Source: Octopus sinensis
Taxonomy: Eukaryota
Length of the DNA: 64,000 nucleotides
NCBI RefSeq assembly: GCF_006345805.1
Contig: NC_043008.1
Span: forward strand, 26,598,001 to 26,662,000
Reading direction: 5' to 3'
A program made the position numbers and the translations under genes. The notes below the pieces were generated by a model, which saw only the letters and a program-made list of their open reading frames with translations, was not told the DNA's origin and ran no database searches. Shown here in pieces: positions 10,702-24,110 of the stretch. The first letter of the stretch is position 1, and each line of letters starts with the position of its first letter.

Positions 10702-12827
10702 AATAGATTTTTAAGTATTAAATCTACTTCTCAGTAATATCTGACTCTACTGCAGTCACCTGCAAATTATTCAGACTGAACAGAGAAATGAGTACACCAT
10801 CACCATACTACATGATGCTGCATACAGCTCAGTTGTGAAATAAATGAAGCATTGTGTATTCAGTTTTTTTGCAGTCGTGTAGTTTACATATAACATGCAA
10901 ATGGAATAATTAGTTAAGGTATATTCATTATACATGTGCATCCACAATAGTGCAAACCTGTATGGTGCTTTGTCATCGGTATTTTAAGAATATAAAATGC
11001 TTGTTGATAATTTCTATCCATAAGAATAGCTGACAGATAAATGGAATTATGTTAGTAACTTGGTTATGAATAGAGCACAATATTAATGATGGGATACACA
11101 GAGAGAAACATTCAAGCCTTCTAGATATTTGACTATGTACACACACTTAATAAGATCATATTTATTGGAAAAACAAGCAAGTCCATATGATTTTATTTTT
11201 AGTTATTAATACAAGGAAAGAAATCAGTGCCTCAAGCTCCTTTTAGGCTATACTAGATTGAGAGATGGAAATATATGGGTGGTGTTGGTGTAAGTTGTGT
11301 TAAAATAGGAAATCTTTTAAAAATGAACCACAAAATCCAAAGTTGTTGCCAGTTAGTCAATGCATGTGTTAAATGCGTTGTAATTGTTTGGTTTATTTTC
11401 ACAAAGAAAATTATGAGAAATTATTTAATAATAATTCTATTAGATTTGTGTGATTTTTCTTTATTGGTAGCTGAATAATATTCTTTTCCTTCACCAATCT
11501 GTCTAGTGCCAAGGGATGTCATGTAGCTGAACTGATGTTAAAGCATCTTATTATGTTCTGAATTATTGCCTCAGGTCTTTACTTTTAAATGTGTTCAAAA
11601 CGTTTTGTCTCTATTAAGTTAATTGCTTCAGCCATTCTGCTGACTAAATTTCAGTGAAAGGAAATTATCTCTTCAGTACTTTCATTCTAAGAGCCAGCTT
11701 CTAGTCAATAAACTATGCTCTGAATTACTGACATGATAGTTCTTTTGGAAGTTTCCCAGATGATTACGACTACAACATGGGTTAACTAGATATAAGAATG
11801 ATTTTAACGCCAAGATTTGGCTTCGATTAACTAGTCCATTAATATTGCAACATATAGGCATTTATTACCATAAATATCTTCAAGAAATATTCATCCCACA
11901 TAATCCTCATGCAGTGCTCTGAATACATATGAATGTATAGACAACAGATAAAAATAGATCATTTGTATTGCATCTACAAACTACACAACTAAATTGATAA
12001 ATAAATTCCTGTACTTTCAATTTGTCTCTAGATAATAGTGTCAGGTGTTAATACAGTATATATAAATGAAGAAATTCGGAAGCTGTTCTCTTTATGAATG
12101 CTACTCCTTCATTCTGAAATCTAAATCTGAATATAAACTAGTATTTTCAAGACTCTAATTTTCTTATAGATGTAGCAGCACAAGTTTACAATGGAATTTA
12201 AGAAAAGTACAGAACTATAACGATATTAGGTAATTGTATTAATGAAAGTTAGGAAAAGTCAGTAACTGATTTTGCTTGATAGGTTCAAATCCTATCATAG
12301 TTGACTTAGTCTAAAGTGAATACCAATATTATTCATATGATACATAAAAAAACAAAATTGATACATCAAAAAAAAAAAATTGGTACATAAATACCTTTGA
12401 GTAGTGACAACACAGAAGATGTTATACAGATTTATCTGAGAGCATTTATTCCGTATATAGTAAACATATAATTGATTGAAAGTTGTAGTTGGATGAAATG
12501 ATTGAAGGTAGGCCTAAAGCCAATAGATTTATGGTTATAATCCTCTGATAGCAATGAACTGTGACCCAAGAAAAATAGAATTAATTTATTAATACTTCAA
12601 TCCTCTTCATGTTAATTAGGTATTGCAAAGATCAAAAGCTCCTTGTTGTAAACAGCAAGCACCTTGTATAATTGACAGTTACCTTTATGAGAATCAATCA
12701 TGGAGGGAAGAAATCAAAGAGAAATCTAAACTAAATAAAGCTGACTCATAAAATATACCACATTCTTTTATTCTTGTACTGGTTTAAGGTATTGATCTAC
12801 ACCATGTTGTGTTATATTTACATAGGG

Positions 12828-12990
12828 TTTAGTCAATTATATTGACTCCAATACTTAATTGGTATTTTATCAAGTGCAGAGCAGTGTATGGCCAAATGGA
12901 ATTTGAACTCAGAATAAAAAGGACTGCAACAATTCTCAGAATGCATATTTCTGAAGAATTAATGATACTACCAATCAACTGCCTTACATT
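12828..12990 (-). mobile_element. SINE family A, degraded
   Basis: ggaatttgaactcagaa (B box on the minus strand) and a degenerate ttggtattttatc block. Confidence 0.5.
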
Positions 12991-13096
12991 AGGCAAGTGT
13001 GTGTGTGTACACACACATATTACTTATGTACATATATATATATGTATAAATGAAAAAACTGAAAAAAATTTGGAGTCAACATATAATTTTTTTAAT

Positions 13097-13531
13097 CACT
13101 ACAGTTGCGTCCATGAAACATAGTTCTCCAGGCATGCAGGTACTTGATTATGCAACTGTTTCCCTGCATTATGAGATCTAGTGGTTTTCATTTTAAAGGG
13201 ACTGGCATTTGATTTCAGTCAAATGCCAATCCTTTAAAATGGCAATCACTTTAACAGTAGCAGAATCACCATCCCACTACATCTACACATACAAAGCTGT
13301 TTGCCAACAGTCTTTCAGCAACAACGCACTGTGATAAACCAATGGCTACTACTAAATTCAGGCCATGACAGACAGAGAGGATGTTCTTGAAGCTGAGAAT
13401 GTAAACTTACGGAGACAATATTTATATATCACCTGAAGAAACACAACTAGATCTCATAATGCAGGGAAACAGTTGCATAATCAAGTACCTGCACTCTTGG
13501 AGAACTATGTTTCATGGATGCAACTGTAGTG
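13097..13531. mobile_element. MITE with 86-bp TIRs (CACTA-like ends, or TA|CAGTTG Tc1-like ends)
   Basis: TIRs 13097-13182 / 13446-13531 include a 47-bp perfect match; internal hairpin at about 13191-13240. Confidence 0.85.
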
Positions 13532-13839
13532 TAGTGTGTTGGTGGGTGACTACAAATGAATTAATATGACTGGCTTCATTTTTAATCTAAGATATTTGTG
13601 TTTGGGAGTGAACCTGCATTACTAGCCTACAAGTGGAGCCAGTATTCAATTGTGGGTCTCAATTGAGCCTTGTTGAGGGCCAATAACTTTTTGGACTAAA
13701 ATAGATCTGGTGCTCAAGAAGTTTAAACAAGAGTAGTTGTGCATAAATTACAATAATACACCGATACACTCAAACCCATCATCATCATCAGTAGTAGCAG
13801 CAGCAGCAGCAGCACCACCAGCAGCATTTTCAAAATCAT

Positions 13840-14030
13840 CCTCATCATTTAACATCTGCTTTCTATGCTAGCATGGGTTAGATGGTCTAACAGGACCCAG
13901 TGAGTCAGAGGGCTGTGATGAGCTCCAGTGTCTGCTTTGGCATAAATTTTACTGATGGATGGCCTTCCTAACACCAACCCTTTTACAGAGTGTATTGGGT
14001 GCTATTTTTGTGACACTGGTACTAGTCAGG
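13840..14030 (-). mobile_element. RTE 3'-tail-derived short repeat
   Basis: catcatttaacatctgcttttctatgctagcatggg...gccttcctaacaccaacc matches the 3' end of the RTE at 55020-56390; (CAT)n tail. Confidence 0.7.
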
Positions 14031-17000
14031 TCATCAAGTAACGTGCAAGATAAAAAACCCCATCACCACACAACTAAGTAAGGTTGTAGTAGAAAGGAGT
14101 GCCTTTATACTAATGGGTGAGATGCCAAAGTATGACAGAGGGACAGGTACAGGTATCTTGCTACAGAGGAGTCTTGTTACATGGCTAGTCTGCATTATAT
14201 AAGGGTGTTGTGAGTCACTAAAAGGAAGGCCTGGTGTCAGAGCATAACAGCCTTAAGTTATAGAAAGGTGAGTATGAGAGAGAAAACAGGCAGTGGATTA
14301 GTGAAGTGTAGAATGTGATCTCATAAGAGGATGAAAGGTGAGTGACAAATGGTTAGAGATGAAGGTAGAGGTGAATGTAGCGAAAAGTTTGGAGATGTAG
14401 TCGATGGTAAATATCAGTGGAAGTGAAAGTGGAAGTTATGGTAGTACAGGAAGGGTTGGGATCAGCAGTACAATAAGCCTGTAGGCAAATAAGAAAAGAA
14501 AGAGATAATGCACAAAGTGTAAGAGTGGGTATGGGAAGGATGTACAGTGATGAGGATGGAGGTCAGAAGTACATAGAGGTGGCTATAATGTGCAGAGAGA
14601 AAAGGTGGTGGAAGCTGTCAATGGCATATATGAGAGGGTGTTCAGGATGATAACTGATATGAGAGTGTTAAATATCATCATCATCCACTGTTTTAATGGG
14701 GGTGGCTGGATCTACCTCAATGCCATAGCAACTGAGGTATGCAGGTGCAGCCTACCTCAATCTTTTGGCTAGCTGGTGCACATTCTCCTTTGCTATGATG
14801 AGGCCCTTTTGGAGCTGGATTTTCTACGGGGATCATGCCCTTGCTTAATTCCAACCTCAGTTTCTAGAAATGAGTGGTCCCGAAACCAAGGCCTCTACCA
14901 CGATTTTTAAGAAATGTTGTGAGATTGAGGTATATTCTAAGCTAATTTCAATAAATGGGATGGAATGAAGGATGATTTGAAGTGATTGAATGTTTTCTTG
15001 AATTTGGAGTGCATATGTTGCTGAGTAGGGAAAGAAAATCTCAGTAGAGGCAGCTTAAGTGTTTAGGGTGACAAGTATTTTAAGAAATATGGTTTTAAAG
15101 CTGGATGGAGTGGGTGATTAACTTTTTGTGTTGCAGGTCATGTTCTGTGCTTGTACTTATGCTGTGAACCTATGCATAATTCACTTGGGATAGTTTGGAT
15201 TATGAGTTTTGACTGTCTAGGTTATGAGAAGTCACATACTCATGAGAATGGTTTTAGATACCAACTTGCTCAGTGGTGAAGTGCATGTTGCTACCAGAGA
15301 TCATTAGCACAGATATGTTGTTGATACATGTTGTTATCTGCCCTGAAGCACCTTAGATAATGATATATATATGGGTGTAGTTTGTTTCAGAAGACCTGAA
15401 TGGCTTACGGAATATCTTTATTATTGGTTATATGTCATTAAAATGTAATTTTAAGAGATTTTATGAGATTTTTAGGAATATACTTGTTGATTTCATAAAT
15501 GCTAACAAATCTGACATTTTGTCATTGTACTTCAGTCTTCACTGGTATGCTTTTAAAACTACAGCAATTAAATCTAATTTAGCATTTTACACTTTTATAT
15601 ATAGTTTCATACTAACATCATTTATTAAGAACAATATTTTAAATTCAGTTGAAAAGCTCAAGCCAATAATCAAGATTTTCTAAGCCTCTATTAATGTTTA
15701 GTAACCTCTTCATTTTGATTACACTCAAATTGTTCTTTTTTTTAATGTTTGAGTGAATTGAATATCTAAATTTATGTACAGATCTCAGATAAAATAAATA
15801 AAATTGTCTCCATCAGATACTATTTTAGTTATGAATTCAAAATTTTCTTTCACATGTGTTTCTTTTTACTGTTTCCATTTGGTTTTCACCAATTTGTGCG
15901 ATACATTGATAGCAATATTTCTCTTTAATACAGCATTCTTGAAAAGCAAATTTTCTTATTACTTTCTTAATAATCAGTGTTCTACATTGATTATAATGGG
16001 ATCCAGCTTTAATTAAATATAATCATAACTCTGTTATAAAAAGTAAAGCAAAAATATTTTCTTGTTAAATGATTTAAAAAAGAACTCATTTATTCTCTTG
16101 AGGAGAAATATAAAATAACAAAATTTACTCCTTTCATTTTTATTCAATTTTATACCAGTTTACTTTATATTTCCTCTAATTATCTTTTACTTTTTTCCAT
16201 TTCATTTTGTTCCTTTTTTTTGTGGTATCACTTTCTCAGTTGAATGCTTTATTTTATCAAATACCATTATACTAAATTATCTTTAATTTGGAAACAATTG
16301 CATTCATGAGAACATTGTCATTTAGGCTACATAGCTTTCTTTATAATGATTCAATTTCTTACACTTTAAGCCCCACAAAATGTTATTCTCTCATAATTCC
16401 TGATATTTTCTCTCATAATTGTTTTATTTGGGATCAGAAGTTAAAATAATTGTGTAAGATAATAATAAAACAAAATTAGATAATTATTTAACACAATTAT
16501 GGAACTGAAGCATAGTAACTTGTGAGTTCTATCATAATTGATGCAGACTCACCTGAGTCACTCTGGTTTTCTCTAAAGATTCAGAGGTTACAATTCTACA
16601 ACTTCAAATCTAAGTACATGTCTTCAAGAGACAATATGAAATATCTGGAATATGATAAAAATAAACCTAAAAGTTGCCTCACTAAAGTCAAATATTTCTC
16701 AGCATAACAGCAAGATCAATTACAAAGTAAATGACTGCCACAATATACATTTGTTTACATCAGTCTGAATGGATTTTATAGTGAAATGGTTTTGATTTTC
16801 TAAATATATATTAATTTCCCAAAATGTTTTTAACCAAGTAAAATTACATCCTTGATAGGAATAAAAATCATTGGTGTTATGAATAAGTATGGTCAAGAAA
16901 GGCAAAGAAAAGAACTCCAAAATCCAAATTGATATAAAAATTAATGGAAGCATGATTTTGATAAATCTTTAGAAAGATTCAGCCTACTAATAATAGCAGC

Positions 17001-18139
17001 CAGATCTTCTTTAATAAAGAGATGCATCAGATGATAAACTATATCAAATAAAGATGGATTAGTTGTAGCTGGAATGCTTGTGATTATGGGTTTTCTCAAT
17101 CAACAACAACTTGAGGCTAAACAGCAACATCTGTTACATGCAACACAATATTTAAGTGCATCTCTTGATAGTTTTAAGGAAGAAGTCTTTGAAAAATCAA
17201 AGCATTGGTAGACAATAAGTACTGAAAAATTATACAACATACTTCTGTTCCATTAACAATTTGACATATTTCTTTACATCCTCAGAATACACAATAACTG
17301 CTACACTTGATATGTAACCAGATAAAATTACTTCATAAACATGTTTTAAAATTTTCCAAAGCAAGATTTTAGAAAGTTTTTAAAATGCACAAAAAAAGAA
17401 AAGAAAAATGTGTTTTTAGTATGATGTCAAAATACCTGAAATTCTGTTCTTAAACCAGAATGGTGAAGAATTGATCCTCCAGACATTTTTTGAAGCTAAA
17501 AAGAAAATATTTAAAATCACTATAAAAGAAAACTAACTTTTAACATGATTCTGGTGAGTTTCCTCTTTTAACTTTATTTTATATTTGATGAAATTAAAAA
17601 GCACAGAGAGAATTTTCTAAAACTATGTCACATATTTATTTTTAAGTTTATTGCCTTTCAGTGAGAGTTTGAAATCCATGGAAATGGAGTAAATATATTT
17701 TGAAAATCTTACAATATTTTATATTTATTTTGATAAAATTTAAGCAACAATGGAAATTACTTTATGATAAAATAAGCCACAAAAGGTGAAATAATAAAAC
17801 TGATTGAAATATTTTGACTTTGCTTTTAGTTTTGATTCTGTATCTATGAATAAATATGTTAATGGGTGATGGTGTAGCAAGACATCAGTAATGTAGTTTT
17901 GTTTTTGATAATTTCATTGAATCAATCAACTTTTCTTCTCAACTCTAATATTCCTGAGAGAAGTTTGCATGACACAGAAAGTTATTTCAACTCCTTGTAA
18001 ATAAGGGAGCAGATCATTCTGAATATCAGTTTACCTGTTGTTTTCTTTTTCTCTGTACATATGAACTCAGCATTGCTATGTTTTGGGCATTTAAGGTGGC
18101 ATCTTGATGCACCGATTTACAAAAGTAAACAAAAGCAGG

Positions 18140-18296
18140 CTTAGCTGTGTGGTGAGAAGTTTGCTTCTCAGTCACATGGTTCCAGATGCAGTCCCACCAC
18201 GTAGCGCCTTGGGCAAGTGTCTTCTACTATAGTGTCATCCAACCAAAGTCTTGTGGGTAAGTAGGTTCAGTAGAGAGAAACTAAAAGAATCGCATC

Positions 18297-18339
<43 letters not shown>

Positions 18340-18570
18340 TGTGTGTGTCCTTGTATCTATGCTTGTCCCGTACCACTGCTGGACAACCAGTGTTGGTATG
18401 TTTATGCCCATGAAACTTAGCATTTTGGCAAAAGAGACTGATAGAATAAGTAAGTACCAGGCTTTAAAAATGTCCTTCGGTCAATTTCTTTGACTAAAAT
18501 CCTTTAAGGTGGTGCCCCATCATGGCCACAGTAAAATGACTGAAACAAGTATAAGATAAAAGATAAGTAA
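18140..18570 (+). mobile_element. tRNA-derived CORE-type SINE, family B, with central (TA)n
   Basis: gctgtgtggtgagaag head, ccttgggcaagtgtcttctactatag CORE-like block, 3' ggtgccccatcatggccacagt...gactgaaacaagt. Confidence 0.8.
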
Positions 18571-18619
18571 ATAAACACAAATACACACATGCTTATATAC
18601 AATAGACATGTGTTTCACC

Positions 18620-19320
18620 ATGCCATGCTAAGCCAGGAGCTTCTCTGTCATTAGGTACTTTCAATTTCATTGGTATATTTCTGCCAATAACATGCATATA
18701 TTTGAGTGATCTTCAACATCAACTGAGGTGTGGATGTTTCCAAAATATAACATTTGTTATGATTAAGTCTCCAACATCTTAGCAGTGACCAGCAAAGACT
18801 GATCAATATTGAACAACTATTGTAGAGATGGCTGGAATGTGTTTGTAAATCTCCTCTTTGGTTTTGTGCTCATGCCAAGAGATGTTTTAAACTCTCACGG
18901 CAGCCTATTGTATATACCATCAATGTGATCTTGAAGCTACTTTTTCACAGTTTCAGTTAAAAGGATATTCATTACACATGCTTCGAAGAAAGTCAGCAAC
19001 CTTATTTACTGTGAAATATCTGAGTGCTTGATGTTGTAAAGTAATCCAGACTTCTTTTTCATGTGTTCTGCATCTGAATTTCTCTAGCTGGCAACTGGAG
19101 GGAGAGGCTGTCCTCTCAACCAATATGTTGCTGTTGGTACTGCTGGATGACAGATTCTAGTGATGATGTTATTCCACACTTCCCAATCCATATCAGCAAC
19201 ATAGGATCTAAAGTACTTCAATAGCAAGCATAACAGGCTAGGCGTTGCTGTTTAGGACAGACTAGAAAAAGTATATATCAACATAGAGGTCAGATGCCAT
19301 GCTGAAGTGAATATCTCTTC
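18620..19320 (-). mobile_element. Ancient LINE 3' coding fragment (RTE-like)
   Basis: Minus-strand NISWHEHKTKEEIYKHIPAIS...FAGHC; many stops. Confidence 0.5.
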
Positions 19321-19399
19321 TGAAACTAAAGAGAAATAAGATAATTACTGATGACTACTTTGAAACCTTTAGCTTCTGTATGTAGACTGGTTCTTATTT

Positions 19400-19595
19400 G
19401 TCATCATCATCATCATCATTGTTTAACGTCCACTTTCCATGCTAGCATGGGTTGGACGATTTTGATTGAGGGCTGGCGAACCAGATGGTTGCACCAGGCT
19501 CCAGTCTTGATTTGGCAGAGTTTCAACAGCTGGATGCCCTTCCTAACACCAACCACTCCGAGAGTATAGTGGGTGCTTTTTACATGCCATTGGCT
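19400..19595 (-). mobile_element. RTE 3'-tail-derived short repeat
   Basis: (cat)n-gtttaacgtccactttccatgctagcatggg...ggatgcccttcctaacaccaaccactccgagagt. Confidence 0.75.
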
Positions 19596-19969
19596 TCTCA
19601 AAACCAGAAAGCTTATTCAAAGACTTCAGATCTAATTTGTATTCATAATAACTGATGCGCTTAGCTTGGTTTGGAAATACCTTAGTGACACTCTAGAAAT
19701 AAGATTTTTAGGAAAAGAAATGGACTAAGATACAATTTGTAAGTGGAACAGTAAAAGTATGCAAGACATTTCACATGTTTAAAATGAAACTTTGTTTTTT
19801 GTTATCTACATTCCAGTAATAATGTTTTGGATCTTTGTTAAAAACCTGCTCCTTCTATACAGATAGACTTCAAATAATAAGAAATATATTGTACACATTT
19901 ATCTACCTCCCTACCTACATATACACATACATACATGTATGCATGAGTACATATACGTACACTTACATT

Positions 19970-20870
19970 ACAAACTATTGAGAAATCTTCAGTTACTCTA
20001 TCCAGACTACAAGTTCAGGTTTATTCCTGTAATTATTGGGACATTGGGATATGTAACACACTGCCTAAATACCAATCTTTAGAAATTAGGCTTCTCAAAA
20101 CCAGAAAGCTTATTCAAAGACTTCATATCTAATCTATCAATTGAACTGTAAAAATCTGTAAAACTTTCAGGAAATTTATCATTTAGGTATGTATGAACAT
20201 GTCTAGATATGCAAGTATATGCATAAGAAGACATACATAAAACAAAACATACAAATCTGCGTATATTAATACATATACACATACATACATACATACCTAC
20301 ATACATACATACATACATACACTACCGTCAGAAATTAATTAGCACACTTGATTTGCTCTTCACTCAAGGTATGTGCTGTCACCTAGTGGCCATATCTCGA
20401 ACTATTGCTTTGTTGCGAGTTCACTGTTGCGCAGAACGATGACGTAACTTTGTTTGCAGAGCAGTTTGAGAGTCTACAGCCTTATGATGTTGACATAGCA
20501 GTGCAACAACAACTTGGAGTGCGGATGCAGACAAATCTTCCTTTGTTTAATAGATATAGGTAGCGCCTCACAAGGACCGAAATCACACCATACTAAGTTT
20601 TCTCATCGCGTAAGACGTTTTGAACAGCTAATAGGTTAATTGATTTAACCTATTTAATGTAGAAATTTGAGAAGTGCTAATTAATTTCTGATGCAAGTGT
20701 ACATGCATACATACATACATACATACATACATACATTCATACATACATACATACCCTGTTTGTGTTATTGAAATTCTGATGAAGGAGCTTTGGATCTAAG
20801 TTGGAACCTGGTTCTTTCTCTATTGGTAAGAAATCTTGAAATAAAACTGTATAATGACATACATACATCC
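19970..20870 (+). mobile_element. RLE-type LINE 3' end (copy 1), with (CATA)n inside and at both ends
   Basis: LLRNLQLLYPDYKFRFIPVIIGTLGYVTHCLNTNL*KLGFSKPE; 3' segments shared with 21950-22790. Confidence 0.7.
20320..20699. mobile_element. Tc1/mariner-type MITE inserted in (TACA)n
   Basis: TA|CACTACCGTCAGAAATTAATTAGCAC ... GTGCTAATTAATTTCTGATGCAAGTG|TA; TIRs about 27 bp with TA duplication. Confidence 0.85.
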
Positions 20871-21029
20871 TCATCATCATCATTTAAAGTTCACCTTCCA
20901 TGTGGACATGGGTGGGATAACATACATACATACATGCATGCATGCATGCATGATAGTCAGTTCCTCATTCTTGAGTATAGCTACCACCTGAAGAACTTTA
21001 GAATGTGTTTCATATATGACCATCACTGA

Positions 21030-21420
21030 TGCGGTTTTCAGACTATCATGTGACCATCACTCTTTGACACAGATGTTACATATATGATTGCTTCTACCAA
21101 CATGAGTCACTTGTTGGCCATCATACACTTTCATGTGATGTTTCAAGCCAGCTGATAGGCAAACCATGTCACAGTCATGACCTGTTGTTATTCTGTGATT
21201 GTCAACTCTCTGTACATGACTTTCCTTGTCATTTTTCAGTCCTGCTCTGTTGAAGCAGACTCTTCCACATTCATTACACGTCAGCTTACTCTGATCACCC
21301 ACATCTCCCAGAAATATCCCATTCATACCTTTTCTAGAACCCCACTTCAATTTCTCATGTTTTTTTTCAAGCTATTTCTGGCGAATGTGCCCCAGCTATT
21401 TCATATGTTTTCTGTAGGTT
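21030..21420 (-). mobile_element. RTE-like LINE 3' fragment with three decayed C2H2 finger motifs
   Basis: ORF 21057-21350: CNECGRVCFNRAGLK, HDCDMVCLSAGLKHHMKVY, HICNICVKE. Confidence 0.55.
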
Positions 21421-21949
21421 GCCCATGTCTTACAAGCATAAAAGGATAACACACACATTACATAAACCTTCAGTTTAGTATCAATAGCAATATGTCAGGC
21501 CACTTGTGAGTGTTACTGGTGACATGAAAACCAGTACAACCTGCAACATGATTTGGTTGTCAGTGGTAGCTCCACTAATCTTGCTGAATGTGAAGAATGA
21601 TTGGATGACATGCAGGATGTAAGACAAAACCTATCAATGAATGGATGAACCCATTAAAGTCAACAAGCCATGGAGTACTGTATACACGAGTTTGGTCCTG
21701 CTATTTTTCATTGACAATAGTTGTTCCTGCAGCAGTCATCGATAAAGTGGGGCCTTTGTGGAAGGAAACACAATGACTGCACTAAAGATTTGCCCATTTT
21801 CAGCAATGGGTAGGTGCAACAGGTTCAGTCAGCAGGGAACCATAGGAATGCCAATGTAGGCATGGTGTACCACATTAATATGGGTAAGTGATTCTTGTCA
21901 GAAGATCACTATAGGAGAACGAAACACATGCACACATTTACATACATAC

Positions 21950-22602
21950 ATATGCTGAACTAGTGAGAAAGTTGCTGTTACCCTATGCAGATTACAAGTT
22001 CAGGTTTATACCTGCAATTATTGGAGCACTGGGATATGTAACTGTTATGATGTATACATGTTTGGTGTAAAATGGTATTACACAATAAATAGTTGGTTGT
22101 GATTATCAAAAAATGCCCTATCGCAGAAATATATGTTAACACAGAGCGCACTCTGTACTACTGAAACGTAGGTATGATACTCAGTATTCACTGTTCAACT
22201 ACCAACTGTTAAACCAACATACATAAAACTAACACAGTAAACCAACATGGTCAAACTAACAGCGTCAAATATGCTTACTGACAATTCACTCAGTTCTTAT
22301 TTATTGTCATTGGTTAGTGGTTAGTCCACCTTCAGTCACGTGAGGGTGTTCAGGATTCTCACATAACAGTAACATTGCCTAAATACCAATCTTGAAAAAT
22401 TAGGCTTCTCAAAACCAGAAAGGAAAAAGCTGATTTGAAGATTACAAATCCAATACATCACTGGAACTGTAAAAATCTGTAAAACATTTCAAAAGTTTAT
22501 CATTTAAGTATATATTAGCATTTCTAGATGTGCAACTATATGCATGAGGATACATACATTAAACAAAACATACAAATCTTCACATATGCATACATACATA
22601 CA

Positions 22603-22636
<34 letters not shown>

Positions 22637-22790
22637 CATATATACATGCAAACAAACAAACAAAAATACCCTGTTGATGCTGTTGAAATTCCATTGAAGG
22701 TGCCTTGGATCTAGGTTAGAAACTGGCTCTTTCTCTATTGGCAAGAAATCTTGAAATAGAACTGAGTAATGACATATAAATACATACATA
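21950..22790 (+). mobile_element. RLE-type LINE 3' end (copy 2), interrupted by a solo LTR
   Basis: YAELVRKLLLPYADYKFRFIPAIIGALGYV|insert|HCLNTNLEKLGFSKPERKKLI*RLQIQYITGTVKICKTFQKFII*; (CATA)n flanks. Confidence 0.75.
22043..22368. mobile_element. Solo LTR (326 bp) with 5-bp TSD
   Basis: TGTTATG...CATAACA inverted termini; GTAAC duplicated at 22038-22042 and 22369-22373; the related copy at about 20050 is uninterrupted. Confidence 0.85.
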
Positions 22791-23784
22791 TATATTTCCC
22801 GCTACAACTTTCAGTATTTCTTTAATTAACAAAGAATATTCTGTACTGTGAAACAGATCTAAAATGATGTAAATCAATATATATCAAGGACACATATGTG
22901 GAATACACTAGGAAGAACAAATGTTAATGCTAAACTAAATTACAATTTATTTATAGTTGAAAAGTTCAAAGTAACATTCTTATTACTCTAGTTTTCAAGT
23001 TGATTTCTTTTTTGTACAAATGTATTAGTTTGGTTTGTGAAGATCATCCACAACTTGTTAATTCAGCAAAAAAGCCTTATAACAAAAAATATTACAAGAG
23101 ATGGAATGATACAGCACATCAATGAGCTAGTGATTTTATGGGTGTGTAGAAATTTGTCAATTAAACAAATGACTATTTTTTCAATCCAGTATAAAACTTT
23201 TTCGCTAGCATCAACTATGCTGTCTCAGATATGTATGTGCAGTACTCCAGTAGAATGCCTCTGTACTTTGTATGTGGTCTGCAACTGGCTTAGTGAAGAT
23301 TGCTTCTCTAGGAAGTTAGCACTCCAAATTTTCAGCTCGTTATTAATATAACATGTGACAGTGCTATTCTTGTATCATAATCAAATATCTCTATGATCAA
23401 ATACACTCTGGCACACATGAAAATTTCAATTTTGGAACATAAGATATTCAACTCTGAGTGTATAAAAGAAAGTAGAATCCTTAAGTCATATTTCCCACAA
23501 AAAAAATATATTCATACCAACAGACAAGTTCCAAAAATGGATAGAAACAACTTCTGACCTATAACAAACGCAACTTTTGTAAACTACAGGCATCCCCAAT
23601 GTTACGGAAAATTTGGTTACAGAATTCTGTTCCTACAAAAATTGTACAGTATGATCACTAATTTCATTGATATTACCTGTAATTCTGCCTCACAGAAACC
23701 CAGTTATGTCTTAATAATTTTGTTTGTAATTTTATGTTATGATTTGTATATATATATATATGTATGTATATTTATTTTTAGAAA

Positions 23785-24110
23785 CAATATTAGGTATAAT
23801 ACGTTTTTTCCCATTGCATGAGCCAAATGTTGGAGGTGGGTGGAATAAACTACCTGCATCAACTTGCTATAAAAGCAGGTAATAATTTTACCGTGTATTT
23901 ATTCTTAGTGCAAGTTCTGAAGAGTGCAGTTCAATTTTAACAGTTACGTTTTCAAAGCTAAGATGGAAGAGACTAAAGGAGCAAATTCAGTATATTTTGT
24001 TTTATGATTTCAAAAATAGCAACAAAGCAATGGAGGAATATTAATGCAGTATATGGGGATCGGACAATAAGCATAAACCAGTGTCGATGGTGGTTCCAGA
24101 AAATCTACTA
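23785..24110 (+). mobile_element. Mariner 5' fragment (leader plus HTH start)
   Basis: Leader homologous to 45351-45570; MEETK...NINAVYGDRTISINQCRWWFQK. Confidence 0.75.

Noticed and set aside
20775-20815. ctgatgaaggagc... as a hammerhead
   Set aside because: The paralogue at about 22690 reads ccattgaagg, and no copy has both CUGANGA and GAAA; it is better explained as the LINE 3' UTR
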